This document shows positions 8,926-17,298 of a stretch of 24,000 nt of DNA, one piece after another (position 1 is the first letter of the stretch; every line of letters starts with the position of its first letter). Where the stretch lies: assembly GCA_045643825.1 (NCBI GenBank), contig JAZRFV010000084.1, forward strand, positions 47,946-71,945, in the 5' to 3' direction. The notes beneath the pieces are model-generated. The model worked only from the letters and a program-made list of their open reading frames with translations, ran no database searches and had not been told where the DNA came from. The translations under genes and the position numbers were made by a program. This DNA comes from Candidatus Scatosoma sp. (GTDB taxonomy: Bacteria; Bacillota; Clostridia; Christensenellales; Borkfalkiaceae).

Positions 8926-10503
8926 ATGTTACAGGTTACAGGGGTATCCCTTCAATTTGGCAGTAAAAAGTTGTTTGAAGACGTAAATTTGAAGTTTACG
9001 AAGGGAAACTGCTATGGTATCATTGGTGCAAACGGTGCAGGCAAATCTACCTTCTTAAAGGTACTTTCCGGGGAGCTTGAACCCCAAAAGGGTTTCGTTT
9101 CTTTGGACAAGAATGAACGTATGTCCGTTTTGCAACAAAACCAAAATATGTATGACAATGAAACGGTTTTGCGTACCGTTATGCTTGGTTACAAGCGTTT
9201 GGTCGAAATCATGGATGAAAAGGATGCTTTGTACGCAAAGCCTGACTTTTCGGAAGAAGATGGCGTTCGCGCAGCGGATTTGGAAAGCGAATTTGCTGAA
9301 ATGAACGGCTATGATGCGGAATTCCAAGCCGCACAGCTACTTAACGCATTGGATATTGGTGAAGAATACCACTATTCGTTGATGAGTGATTTGGATGCAA
9401 AGCAAAAGGTGCGTGTATTGCTTGCACAGGCATTGTTCGGCGATCCTGACGTATTGCTTTTGGACGAGCCTACCAACAACCTTGACATTAAAACGGTTAG
9501 ATGGCTTGAAAACTATTTGATGGACTTTGAAAATACCATCATTATCGTTTCCCACAACCGTCACTTCCTTAATAAAGTATGTACCAACATTTGCGACGTT
9601 GACTTTGGTAAAATCAACATGTACGTTGGTAACTACGATTTCTGGTATCAAACCAGCCAATTGCTTGCGCGTCAACAAAAGGACCAAAACAAGAAAGCAG
9701 AGCAAAGAGCGAAGGAATTGCAAGAATTTATTGCGCGTTTCGCGGCAAACGCGTCCAAGTCTCGTCAGGCTACCTCGCGTAAGAAAGAGCTTGAAAAGCT
9801 TACGATTAACGACTTTAAGCCGTCCCTTCGTAAATATCCCTTCATTGATTTCAAGTTTGAAAAAGACATTGGCAACGATATCCTTATCGTAGAGGACTTG
9901 ACCAAGGAAGGTTACTTTGAAAAGGTTTCCTTCAGTGTTCAGCGTGATGAAAAAATCGGTATCGTATCCGATAAGAGTACCACTCTTACGATGCTCTACG
10001 ATATTTTGATGGGTAAAGAACAGCCCGACTCTGGTACGGTGAAGTGGGGTAAAACGATTTCCGTTTCCTATTTCCCTCAAAACAACAACGATTACTTCAT
10101 GGGTTGCGACTTGAACTTGGTGGAATGGCTTTCGCAATACTCCAACGACCATTTCGAAGAATATCTTCGTGGTTGGCTGGGTAGAATGCTTTTCTCGGGC
10201 GAAGAAGCGTTGAAGAAGGCAAAGGTGCTTTCCGGTGGCGAAAAGGTACGCTGTATGCTTGCTAAAATGATGCTTGAGGGCAGCAATTTCCTTATTTTTG
10301 ACGAACCGACCAACCACCTTGATCTCGAATCGATTACCGCACTTAACAATGGTTTAAGCAATTATAAGGGCTGTATGTTGTTGACCTCGCACGACCAAGA
10401 ATTGATGAATACCGTTGCAAACCGTATTATCGAAATCAACGATAAGAAGACCTACGATAGACCTGTTACCTACGACGAATATATCGACGAAACACATTCT
10501 TAA
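8926..10503 (+). CDS. ABC-F family ATPase, YbiT-like (two nucleotide-binding domains, no membrane domain). The second Walker A is degenerate.
   Basis: NBD1 has GIIGANGAGKSTF and VLLLDEPTNNLD. The interdomain linker is RFAANASKSRQATSRKKELEKL. NBD2 has LSGGEKVR, FLIFDEPTNHLD and LLTSHD. The overall order matches my recollection of E. coli YbiT. Confidence 0.85.
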   Translation: MLQVTGVSLQFGSKKLFEDVNLKFTKGNCYGIIGANGAGKSTFLKVLSGELEPQKGFVSLDKNERMSVLQQNQNMYDNETVLRTVMLGYKRLVEIMDEKDALYAKPDFSEEDGVRAADLESEFAEMNGYDAEFQAAQLLNALDIGEEYHYSLMSDLDAKQKVRVLLAQALFGDPDVLLLDEPTNNLDIKTVRWLENYLMDFENTIIIVSHNRHFLNKVCTNICDVDFGKINMYVGNYDFWYQTSQLLARQQKDQNKKAEQRAKELQEFIARFAANASKSRQATSRKKELEKLTINDFKPSLRKYPFIDFKFEKDIGNDILIVEDLTKEGYFEKVSFSVQRDEKIGIVSDKSTTLTMLYDILMGKEQPDSGTVKWGKTISVSYFPQNNNDYFMGCDLNLVEWLSQYSNDHFEEYLRGWLGRMLFSGEEALKKAKVLSGGEKVRCMLAKMMLEGSNFLIFDEPTNHLDLESITALNNGLSNYKGCMLLTSHDQELMNTVANRIIEINDKKTYDRPVTYDEYIDETHS

Positions 10504-10510
10504 TAGACAA

Positions 10511-10540
10511 AAAAAACCGTATGAACCCATACGGTTTTTT
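10511..10540 (+). terminator. Rho-independent terminator after the ABC-F gene.
   Basis: The hairpin is AAAAAACCGTATG-AACC-CATACGGTTTTTT, followed by ATTTT. Confidence 0.85.
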
Positions 10541-10543
10541 ATT

Positions 10544-10550
10544 TTCGACA
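10544..10550 (-). promoter_or_regulatory. Consensus Spo0A-binding '0A box' (TGTCGAA on the minus strand) upstream of spo0A.
   Basis: TTCGACA on the plus strand is the reverse complement of the B. subtilis 0A-box consensus TGNCGAA. A single 7-mer could occur by chance. Confidence 0.35.
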
Positions 10551-10568
10551 AATTTCGGGACGGATTAT

Positions 10569-10630
10569 CGATTATTTTACAATAATATACGATTATTTTA
10601 AAAATATTTTTGAATATTGTAAAATAATCG
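10569..10630. promoter_or_regulatory. Three perfect copies of the 11-mer CGATTATTTTA (two direct, one inverted), ending 1 bp before the spo0A -35. This is a candidate operator array.
   Basis: The copies are at 10569-10579 and 10590-10600 (direct, 21 bp apart) and at 10620-10630 (TAAAATAATCG, inverted). Two AATATT palindromes lie between copies 2 and 3. Confidence 0.4.
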
Positions 10631-10631
10631 C

Positions 10632-10660
10632 TTTACAAGTTGCAAATTATGTATTATAAT
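10632..10660 (+). promoter_or_regulatory. Sigma-A-type promoter for spo0A: TTTACA, 17-bp spacer, TATAAT.
   Basis: TTTACA is at 10632-10637 and TATAAT at 10655-10660. The RBS AAGGAGA is at 10690-10696, about 7 nt before ATG 10703. Confidence 0.5.
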
Positions 10661-10702
10661 AGGGCTACCATATGGAAAAAACTTAACACAAGGAGAACTA
10701 TT

Positions 10703-11461
10703 ATGAGAACAAACACAGTTATTTTACTTGAATCGAATATGGCGGTATTATCGCAATTAAGGGATGCATTGAGCGAGGATCGAAACTTTAACGTTGTATA
10801 TGCAGGCGACGATGGCGATGAAGGAATCAAACAAATTCTTTCCTTGAAACCTGATTTGGTGATTGTAGGCATGATATTAAAGGGTACGGACGGCTGTGGT
10901 GTAATCCGTATGGTGAAAAAGACGTGGGCGAATGCTAAAATTATCGCTATGGGTATCCCCAACGATGCATTGGTGGAACGGGCGATGTCGGAAGGCGCAG
11001 CTTATTATCTTGGAAAACCGTTTTCCGTTTCTACGGCGATGGAACGTATCCAAGAGCTGATGAAGGATAAGCCCTCTAACGGAAAGGATACGGCGGTAAA
11101 GCGTAAGCCTATCACGATAGAGGAAAAGATAAGTGAAATTTTCATTGCAATCGGTATTCCTCCGCATATTAAAGGCTATGGTTATTTAAGGGAAGGTATT
11201 AAGGCGACGATTGAGCGCCCGTATATCATAAACAGTGTTACGAAAGAATTGTATCCGTCTATCGCAAAGAAATTTAGCACAACGCCGAGTAAGGTAGAAA
11301 GGGCGATTCGGCACGCAATCGAGGTTGCGTGGAATAGAGGTCGTATCGATGCAATTAACGCTATTTTTGGGGCAAGGATTTATCTTGGCGTGGAAAAGCC
11401 GACTAATAGCGAATTTATCGCCCTTGTTGCGGATAAACTTATTCTTGAAAATATGGTATAA
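10703..11461 (+). CDS. spo0A: Spo0A-family sporulation master regulator (receiver domain plus Spo0A-specific DNA-binding domain). The receiver is atypical and lacks the phospho-acceptor Asp.
   Basis: The C-terminal domain carries Spo0A hallmark strings: IGIPPHIKGYGYLREGI, LYPSIAKKFSTTPSKVERAIRHAIEVAW and KPTNSEFIALVADKL. The start is set at ATG 10703 behind AAGGAGA. The tracked 10640 start would lie inside the promoter. Confidence 0.85.
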   Translation: MRTNTVILLESNMAVLSQLRDALSEDRNFNVVYAGDDGDEGIKQILSLKPDLVIVGMILKGTDGCGVIRMVKKTWANAKIIAMGIPNDALVERAMSEGAAYYLGKPFSVSTAMERIQELMKDKPSNGKDTAVKRKPITIEEKISEIFIAIGIPPHIKGYGYLREGIKATIERPYIINSVTKELYPSIAKKFSTTPSKVERAIRHAIEVAWNRGRIDAINAIFGARIYLGVEKPTNSEFIALVADKLILENMV

Positions 11462-11466
11462 AAATA

Positions 11467-11494
11467 AAAGGACAGCTTTAAAAAGCTGTCCTTT
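11467..11494. terminator. Bidirectional rho-independent terminator between the convergent spo0A and groEL genes.
   Basis: The hairpin is AAAGGACAGC-TTTAAAAA-GCTGTCCTTT, with A-runs upstream and T-runs downstream. Confidence 0.8.
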
Positions 11495-11515
11495 GCCATT
11501 ATTTTTCGGTTTTTA

Positions 11516-13448
<1,933 letters not shown>

Positions 13449-13466
13449 AAATTCCTCCGAAATTGC

Positions 13467-13483
13467 GCCGAGTAATGCTCGGC
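13467..13483 (-). promoter_or_regulatory. Short inverted repeat GCCGAG-N5-CTCGGC in the groES 5' leader, at the position where CIRCE usually sits. It is not a CIRCE match.
   Basis: It is read directly and lies between the putative -10 (13500-13505) and the groES RBS. The CIRCE consensus TTAGCACTC-N9-GAGTGCTAA is not present in 13449-13677. Confidence 0.35.
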
Positions 13484-13499
13484 TTTTATTTACCTTATT

Positions 13500-13527
13500 A
13501 TTATAAACATTTTTTTAGGATAATCAA
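13500..13527 (-). promoter_or_regulatory. Sigma-A-type promoter for groES-groEL on the minus strand: TTGATT, 16-bp spacer, TATAAT.
   Basis: On the minus strand, TTGATT is plus 13522-13527 and TATAAT is plus 13500-13505. Confidence 0.45.
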
Positions 13528-13609
13528 ACAAAAAAAGTGGAAAAAAGAGGAAAAATTTTTATACGGGACAAAAAATGCGACGAAAGGGACGAAAAAGCCT
13601 TTGAAAGTA

Positions 13610-13638
13610 TTGCATTTTAATAAAAATTGTGTTATAAT
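13610..13638 (+). promoter_or_regulatory. Sigma-A-type promoter with an extended -10: TTGCAT, 17-bp spacer (ending TGt), TATAAT. It heads the dCMP deaminase-ppiB-purB string.
   Basis: TTGCAT is at 13610-13615, TGT at 13630-13632 and TATAAT at 13633-13638. The RBS AAAGGAGGAG is at 13661-13670. Confidence 0.55.
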
Positions 13639-13677
13639 TTATCCAGTATGTATAGCCGTAAAAGGAGGAGTGTTTTT

Positions 13678-14136
13678 ATGGGAATGAATAAATGGGATAA
13701 ACGTTTTATGGCTTTGACGGAAACGGTGGCTACGTGGTCGAGCTGTTATCAGGAAAACCGTCACGTTGGTGCGATTATTGTAAAAGATAAGCGCGTATTG
13801 ACTACGGGGTATAATGGCGCACCTGCAGGTATCAAAAGTTGCGAAGAAAAAGGGGAATGCTTACGCCGTAAGCTGAATATTGCAAGCGGGACGAAGCACG
13901 AGCTTTGTTTTGCTGTTCACGCGGAACAAAATGCTATTATTCAGGCGGCTCGTTCTGGTATTAATATCAGCGGTGCAACCCTTTATTGTACGCATCAGCC
14001 TTGCGTTATATGCGCAAAAATCATTATCAACGCAGGCATTACGCGCGTTGTATATAAAAATGGTTATCCTGACGAATTCTCTTTGCAATTGTTTGAAGAA
14101 GCAAAGGTACTCGTTGAGAAATATGAAGAAGAATAA
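13678..14136 (+). CDS. Deoxycytidylate (dCMP) deaminase, ComEB-like zinc deaminase.
   Basis: The zinc-binding motifs HAEQNAI and PCVICAKIIINAGI (CDA fold HAE...PCxxC) are present. The start is set at ATG 13678, 8 nt after AAAGGAGGAG. The tracked 13627 start would overlap the promoter -10. Confidence 0.85.
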   Translation: MGMNKWDKRFMALTETVATWSSCYQENRHVGAIIVKDKRVLTTGYNGAPAGIKSCEEKGECLRRKLNIASGTKHELCFAVHAEQNAIIQAARSGINISGATLYCTHQPCVICAKIIINAGITRVVYKNGYPDEFSLQLFEEAKVLVEKYEEE

Positions 14137-14148
14137 GAGGTATATATT

Positions 14149-14670
14149 ATGAGCAATCCTATCGTTACTTTTGAAATGGAAAACGGTAAAACCTTTAAGG
14201 CGGAGCTTTACCCTGAAAAAGCGCCTAATACGGTAAACAACTTTTTGTCGTTGGTAAACAAGGGTTTCTATAATGGCGTAATCTTTCACCGCGTTATCGC
14301 AGGTTTTATGATTCAAGGTGGTGATCCCGACGGTATGGGTACGGGTGGTCCTGGTTATCGTATCAAGGGAGAATTCTCGGGTAACGGCTTTACGCAAAAC
14401 GACATCGCGCACGAAAGAGGTGTTTTGTCGATGGCTCGTGCACAACATCCCGACTCTGCTGGTTCGCAATTCTTCGTTATGCATGATGATGCGGAATATT
14501 TGGATGGACAATATGCTGCATTCGGCCGTGTAATTGAAGGCATGGAAACGGTGGACGAAATCGCAAATATTAAGACGGATTGGTATGATAAACCTTACGA
14601 AGAACAAAAGATGAAATCCGTTACGGCGGAAACCTTTGGCGTAGAGTACGCGGAACCTATCAAAGCGTAA
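14149..14670 (+). CDS. ppiB: Peptidyl-prolyl cis-trans isomerase, cyclophilin type.
   Basis: Cyclophilin signatures are FHRVIAGFMIQGGDP, GSQFFV and LDGQYAAFGRVIEGMETVDEI. Confidence 0.9.
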   Translation: MSNPIVTFEMENGKTFKAELYPEKAPNTVNNFLSLVNKGFYNGVIFHRVIAGFMIQGGDPDGMGTGGPGYRIKGEFSGNGFTQNDIAHERGVLSMARAQHPDSAGSQFFVMHDDAEYLDGQYAAFGRVIEGMETVDEIANIKTDWYDKPYEEQKMKSVTAETFGVEYAEPIKA

Positions 14671-14680
14671 GAGGTATACG

Positions 14681-16117
14681 ATGGTTGATTACAGCGTTTA
14701 TACAAATCCCTTAATGACTCGTTATGCTAGCAAGGAAATGCAGCACGCTTTTTCCGACGAAAAACGTTTTAAGCTTTGGAGAAAACTGTGGGTGGCGCTT
14801 GCCGAAGCAGAAATGGAGCTTGGCCTAAACGTCACGCAGGAGCAGGTGGACGAATTGAAACAATACGCGGACGATATCGATTACGAATTGGCTGCTAAAT
14901 TTGAAAGAGAAGTTCGTCACGACGTTATGGCGCACGTACACGCTTATGGCGAATATGCGAAAAAAGCAATGCCCATTATTCACTTGGGTGCAACGAGCTG
15001 TTTTGTAAATTGCAACGCCGAAGCGATTATGTTGGACGAAGCATTGGATATTATCTTGAAAAAGCTCGTCAACGTAATGGATAAGCTGAAGAAATTTGCA
15101 TTGCAATATAAAGACTTGCCTACGCTTGGCTTTACCCATTTACAGCCTGCACAATTGACCACTGTTGGCAAAAGAGCAACGCTTTGGTTACAGGATTTGG
15201 AGATGGATTATATCAACCTTATCCACGCCAAAGAAACGATTAAGTTGCGTGGTGTAAAGGGTACAACGGGTACGCAAGCAAGCTTTTTAGAGCTTTTCAA
15301 CGGTGACGAGGAAAAGGTTAAGGAATTGCAAAAGCGTGTTGTTGCAAAAATGGGTTACGACAAGGTATATGGCGTTACGGGGCAAACATACCCTCGTAAG
15401 CTTGATTACAATATTTTGTGCGTATTGTCGCAAATCGCCCAAAGTGCTTATAAATTCTCTAATGATATTCGTATTTTACAAAATATGAAAGAGATTGAGG
15501 AGCCGTTTGCAAAGAAACAAATCGGTTCGTCGGCGATGGCATATAAACGCAATCCTATGCGTTCTGAACGAATCGGTGCATTGGCAAGATACGTAATTTC
15601 TTTGCCTATGAACAGCGCTTTGACGGCTTCTACGCAATGGTTTGAAAGAACCTTGGATGATTCGGCAAACCGCCGTATTGTAAACGCGCAGGCCTTCTTG
15701 GGGGTAGATGCCATTTTGAACGTATATATGGACGTTGCGGATAACCTTGTGGTTTATGAAAAGGTAATCGAAAAGCATATCCGTGCAGAGCTTCCATTTA
15801 TGGCAACGGAAAATATTATGATGGAATGCGTGAAGGCTGGCGGTAACCGTCAAGAATTGCACGAACGTATCCGCGTTTTATCCATGGAGGCAGGTAAAAC
15901 CGTAAAGGTAGAAGGTGAAGATAATAACCTTATAGACCTTATCAAGCAAGATGAAATGTTCCGACCTGTTTGGGATCATTTGGGTGATATTCTTGACGGG
16001 AAAAACTTTATCGGTAGGGCTCCTTCGCAAACGGTTGAATTTATCGAGGAAGAAATCGATCCCATTTTAAATAAGCATGCGGATTTGCTTGGTGAAAAGG
16101 GTGACGTTCGTTTATAA
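14681..16117 (+). CDS. purB: Adenylosuccinate lyase.
   Basis: The fumarate-lyase signature GSSAMAYKRNPMRSE is present. The N-terminus (YTNPLMTRYASKEM) is typical of long-form PurB. The length is 478 aa. Confidence 0.95.
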   Translation: MVDYSVYTNPLMTRYASKEMQHAFSDEKRFKLWRKLWVALAEAEMELGLNVTQEQVDELKQYADDIDYELAAKFEREVRHDVMAHVHAYGEYAKKAMPIIHLGATSCFVNCNAEAIMLDEALDIILKKLVNVMDKLKKFALQYKDLPTLGFTHLQPAQLTTVGKRATLWLQDLEMDYINLIHAKETIKLRGVKGTTGTQASFLELFNGDEEKVKELQKRVVAKMGYDKVYGVTGQTYPRKLDYNILCVLSQIAQSAYKFSNDIRILQNMKEIEEPFAKKQIGSSAMAYKRNPMRSERIGALARYVISLPMNSALTASTQWFERTLDDSANRRIVNAQAFLGVDAILNVYMDVADNLVVYEKVIEKHIRAELPFMATENIMMECVKAGGNRQELHERIRVLSMEAGKTVKVEGEDNNLIDLIKQDEMFRPVWDHLGDILDGKNFIGRAPSQTVEFIEEEIDPILNKHADLLGEKGDVRL

Positions 16118-16126
16118 GAGGAAATT

Positions 16127-16291
16127 ATGAAGAAAAATACATTACAATACATTGCCATTGGGTTGTTGACTTTAGGTATTGCAATTTTGTTGGGTGTTGG
16201 CATTTGGCTTGGCGTATCGGGTTCGAAGGACGTGCCTACTCCTCCTACCAGCTCCGAATACGACGATGGCGAATGGACAAATAATTATTGA
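16127..16291 (+). CDS. Untracked 54-codon ORF encoding a small membrane-anchored or secreted peptide. It is a candidate precursor or accessory of the downstream cassette.
   Basis: My translation is MKKNTLQYIAIGLLTLGIAILLGVGIWLGVSGSKDVPTPPTSSEYDDGEWTNNY*. The RBS AGAGGA lies 5 nt before the ATG. The ORF starts 9 nt after the purB stop and ends 3 nt before the next start. It falls below the ORF-track length cut-off. Confidence 0.5.
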   Translation: MKKNTLQYIAIGLLTLGIAILLGVGIWLGVSGSKDVPTPPTSSEYDDGEWTNNY

Positions 16292-16294
16292 TTT

Positions 16295-17032
16295 ATGATA
16301 TACGAAATTGCAGGGCTTCGCGTTAAAATTGAAAATCAGTACGATTTCACCACGAAGTTTTGCCACGAATATCTTTCAGAGGATCAAACCTCGCCCGTGG
16401 ATATCGTTGCAAAGGTTACGGCGGAGGAATTTGCGGCCGAAAGAGCCACCTCTGAAGCGTTTTCGGATGGATATATTGAAAATATATGCCTGTATCGTAG
16501 CTTGTGTAATCAAATCCCCGTGTTGGGGCGGATGTTGTTACATTGCGCCGTGTTAGAATATGATGGAAAGGGTTACGCCTTTTTAGGCCGTAGTGGGACA
16601 GGGAAATCCACACATACCCGCCTTTGGAAAAAGTATTTGGGCACCCCGAGGATGATTAACGGTGATAAGCCGATTTTACAATTCATCGGGGAAGGCTTTC
16701 TTGCCCATGGAACTCCTTGGCGAGGTAAAGAGTCGTGGGGGATTCGTTCGTTTGCACCCCTTTGTGGACTTTGCTTTTTAGAACAGGCGAAGGAAAACTC
16801 TATACGAAGGTTAACGTCTTCCGAGGTTTCTGCTCGTTTGTTTGGGCAAATTCTTTTACCGGAAGAGGAAGAAAACGTTGTTTCCACGTTAGAGCTTGCG
16901 GATAAATTGATTGCAACAACTCCTGCATATTTATTGAAGTGCGACATTTCAAAAGAAGCTGTAAAGCTGTCGTTCGAGCAATTGACAGGCTTGTCGTTTG
17001 AAGAAAGGGAACAATCCCTTGAAGAGGTATAG
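16295..17032 (+). CDS. HPr kinase/phosphorylase C-terminal-domain-like P-loop protein (HprK-related kinase of peptide-modification clusters).
   Basis: The P-loop context HCAVLEYDGKGYAFLGRSGTGKSTHTRLW parallels the HprK H-G-x-L-x(n)-G-x-SG-x-GKS motif. The N-terminal Y-x-x-x-GL-x-V-x-I-E pattern is typical of HprK-related kinases. It is adjacent to a PqqD-family gene. Confidence 0.6.
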   Translation: MIYEIAGLRVKIENQYDFTTKFCHEYLSEDQTSPVDIVAKVTAEEFAAERATSEAFSDGYIENICLYRSLCNQIPVLGRMLLHCAVLEYDGKGYAFLGRSGTGKSTHTRLWKKYLGTPRMINGDKPILQFIGEGFLAHGTPWRGKESWGIRSFAPLCGLCFLEQAKENSIRRLTSSEVSARLFGQILLPEEEENVVSTLELADKLIATTPAYLLKCDISKEAVKLSFEQLTGLSFEEREQSLEEV

Positions 17033-17034
17033 AT

Positions 17035-17298
17035 ATGAAGATTAAAAAAGGCTTTGTTCTCCGTGTGGTTGGTGGCGAAAACGTCGTTGTGCCCGTTGGC
17101 GCAATGAGTAAAACCTTCCATGGTATGATTAATCTCAATGAAACGGGGGCTTTTATGTGGAAGTTTTTCTCCGAGGAGCATACCTTGGAAGAAGGTGTTG
17201 CCGCATTGCTGTCGGAATATGAGGTGGAAGAGGATCGTGCTCGCGCTGACGTTCAAAAATTCATGGATGCAATCATGGGGAACGGTTTTGCTGAATAA
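17035..17298 (+). CDS. PqqD family protein (RiPP recognition element / peptide chaperone).
   Basis: It is 87 aa. The pattern VVVPVGAMSKTFHGMINLNETGAFMWKFFSEEHTLEE...VEEDRARADVQKFMDAIMGNGF matches the beta-strands plus winged-helix layout of PqqD/RRE proteins. The call is made by recognition only. Confidence 0.7.
   Translation: MKIKKGFVLRVVGGENVVVPVGAMSKTFHGMINLNETGAFMWKFFSEEHTLEEGVAALLSEYEVEEDRARADVQKFMDAIMGNGFAE

Noticed and set aside
9337-10317. A 326-aa minus-strand ORF lies inside the ABC-F gene. Similar long antisense ORFs occur at 4894-5514, 13861-14607, 16573-17343 and 21722-22375.
   Set aside because: In every case the opposite strand encodes a protein with clear family motifs. The antisense translations have no motifs or RBS and show the typical composition of shadow frames.
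10569-10630. The triplicated 11-mer as a possible mini-CRISPR or mobile-element terminal repeat.
   Set aside because: The repeats are only 11 bp, with one inverted and spacers of 10 and 19 bp. No cas or transposase genes are nearby. The position directly upstream of a promoter fits a regulator binding site better.
10640-10702. The N-terminal extensions tracked for spo0A (start 10640) and, likewise, for the dCMP deaminase (start 13627).
   Set aside because: Both extensions overlap the predicted -10 and spacer promoter elements and lack an RBS. The internal ATGs at 10703 and 13678 sit at ideal distance behind AAGGAGA and AAAGGAGGAG, and they give N-termini that match the families.
13467-13490. 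The hairpin GCCGAG-TAATG-CTCGGC followed by TTTTATTT, read as a plus-strand rho-independent terminator.
   Set aside because: No plus-strand gene ends upstream of it, because groES occupies the minus strand. It lies in the groES 5' leader, so it is recorded as a leader or operator element instead.
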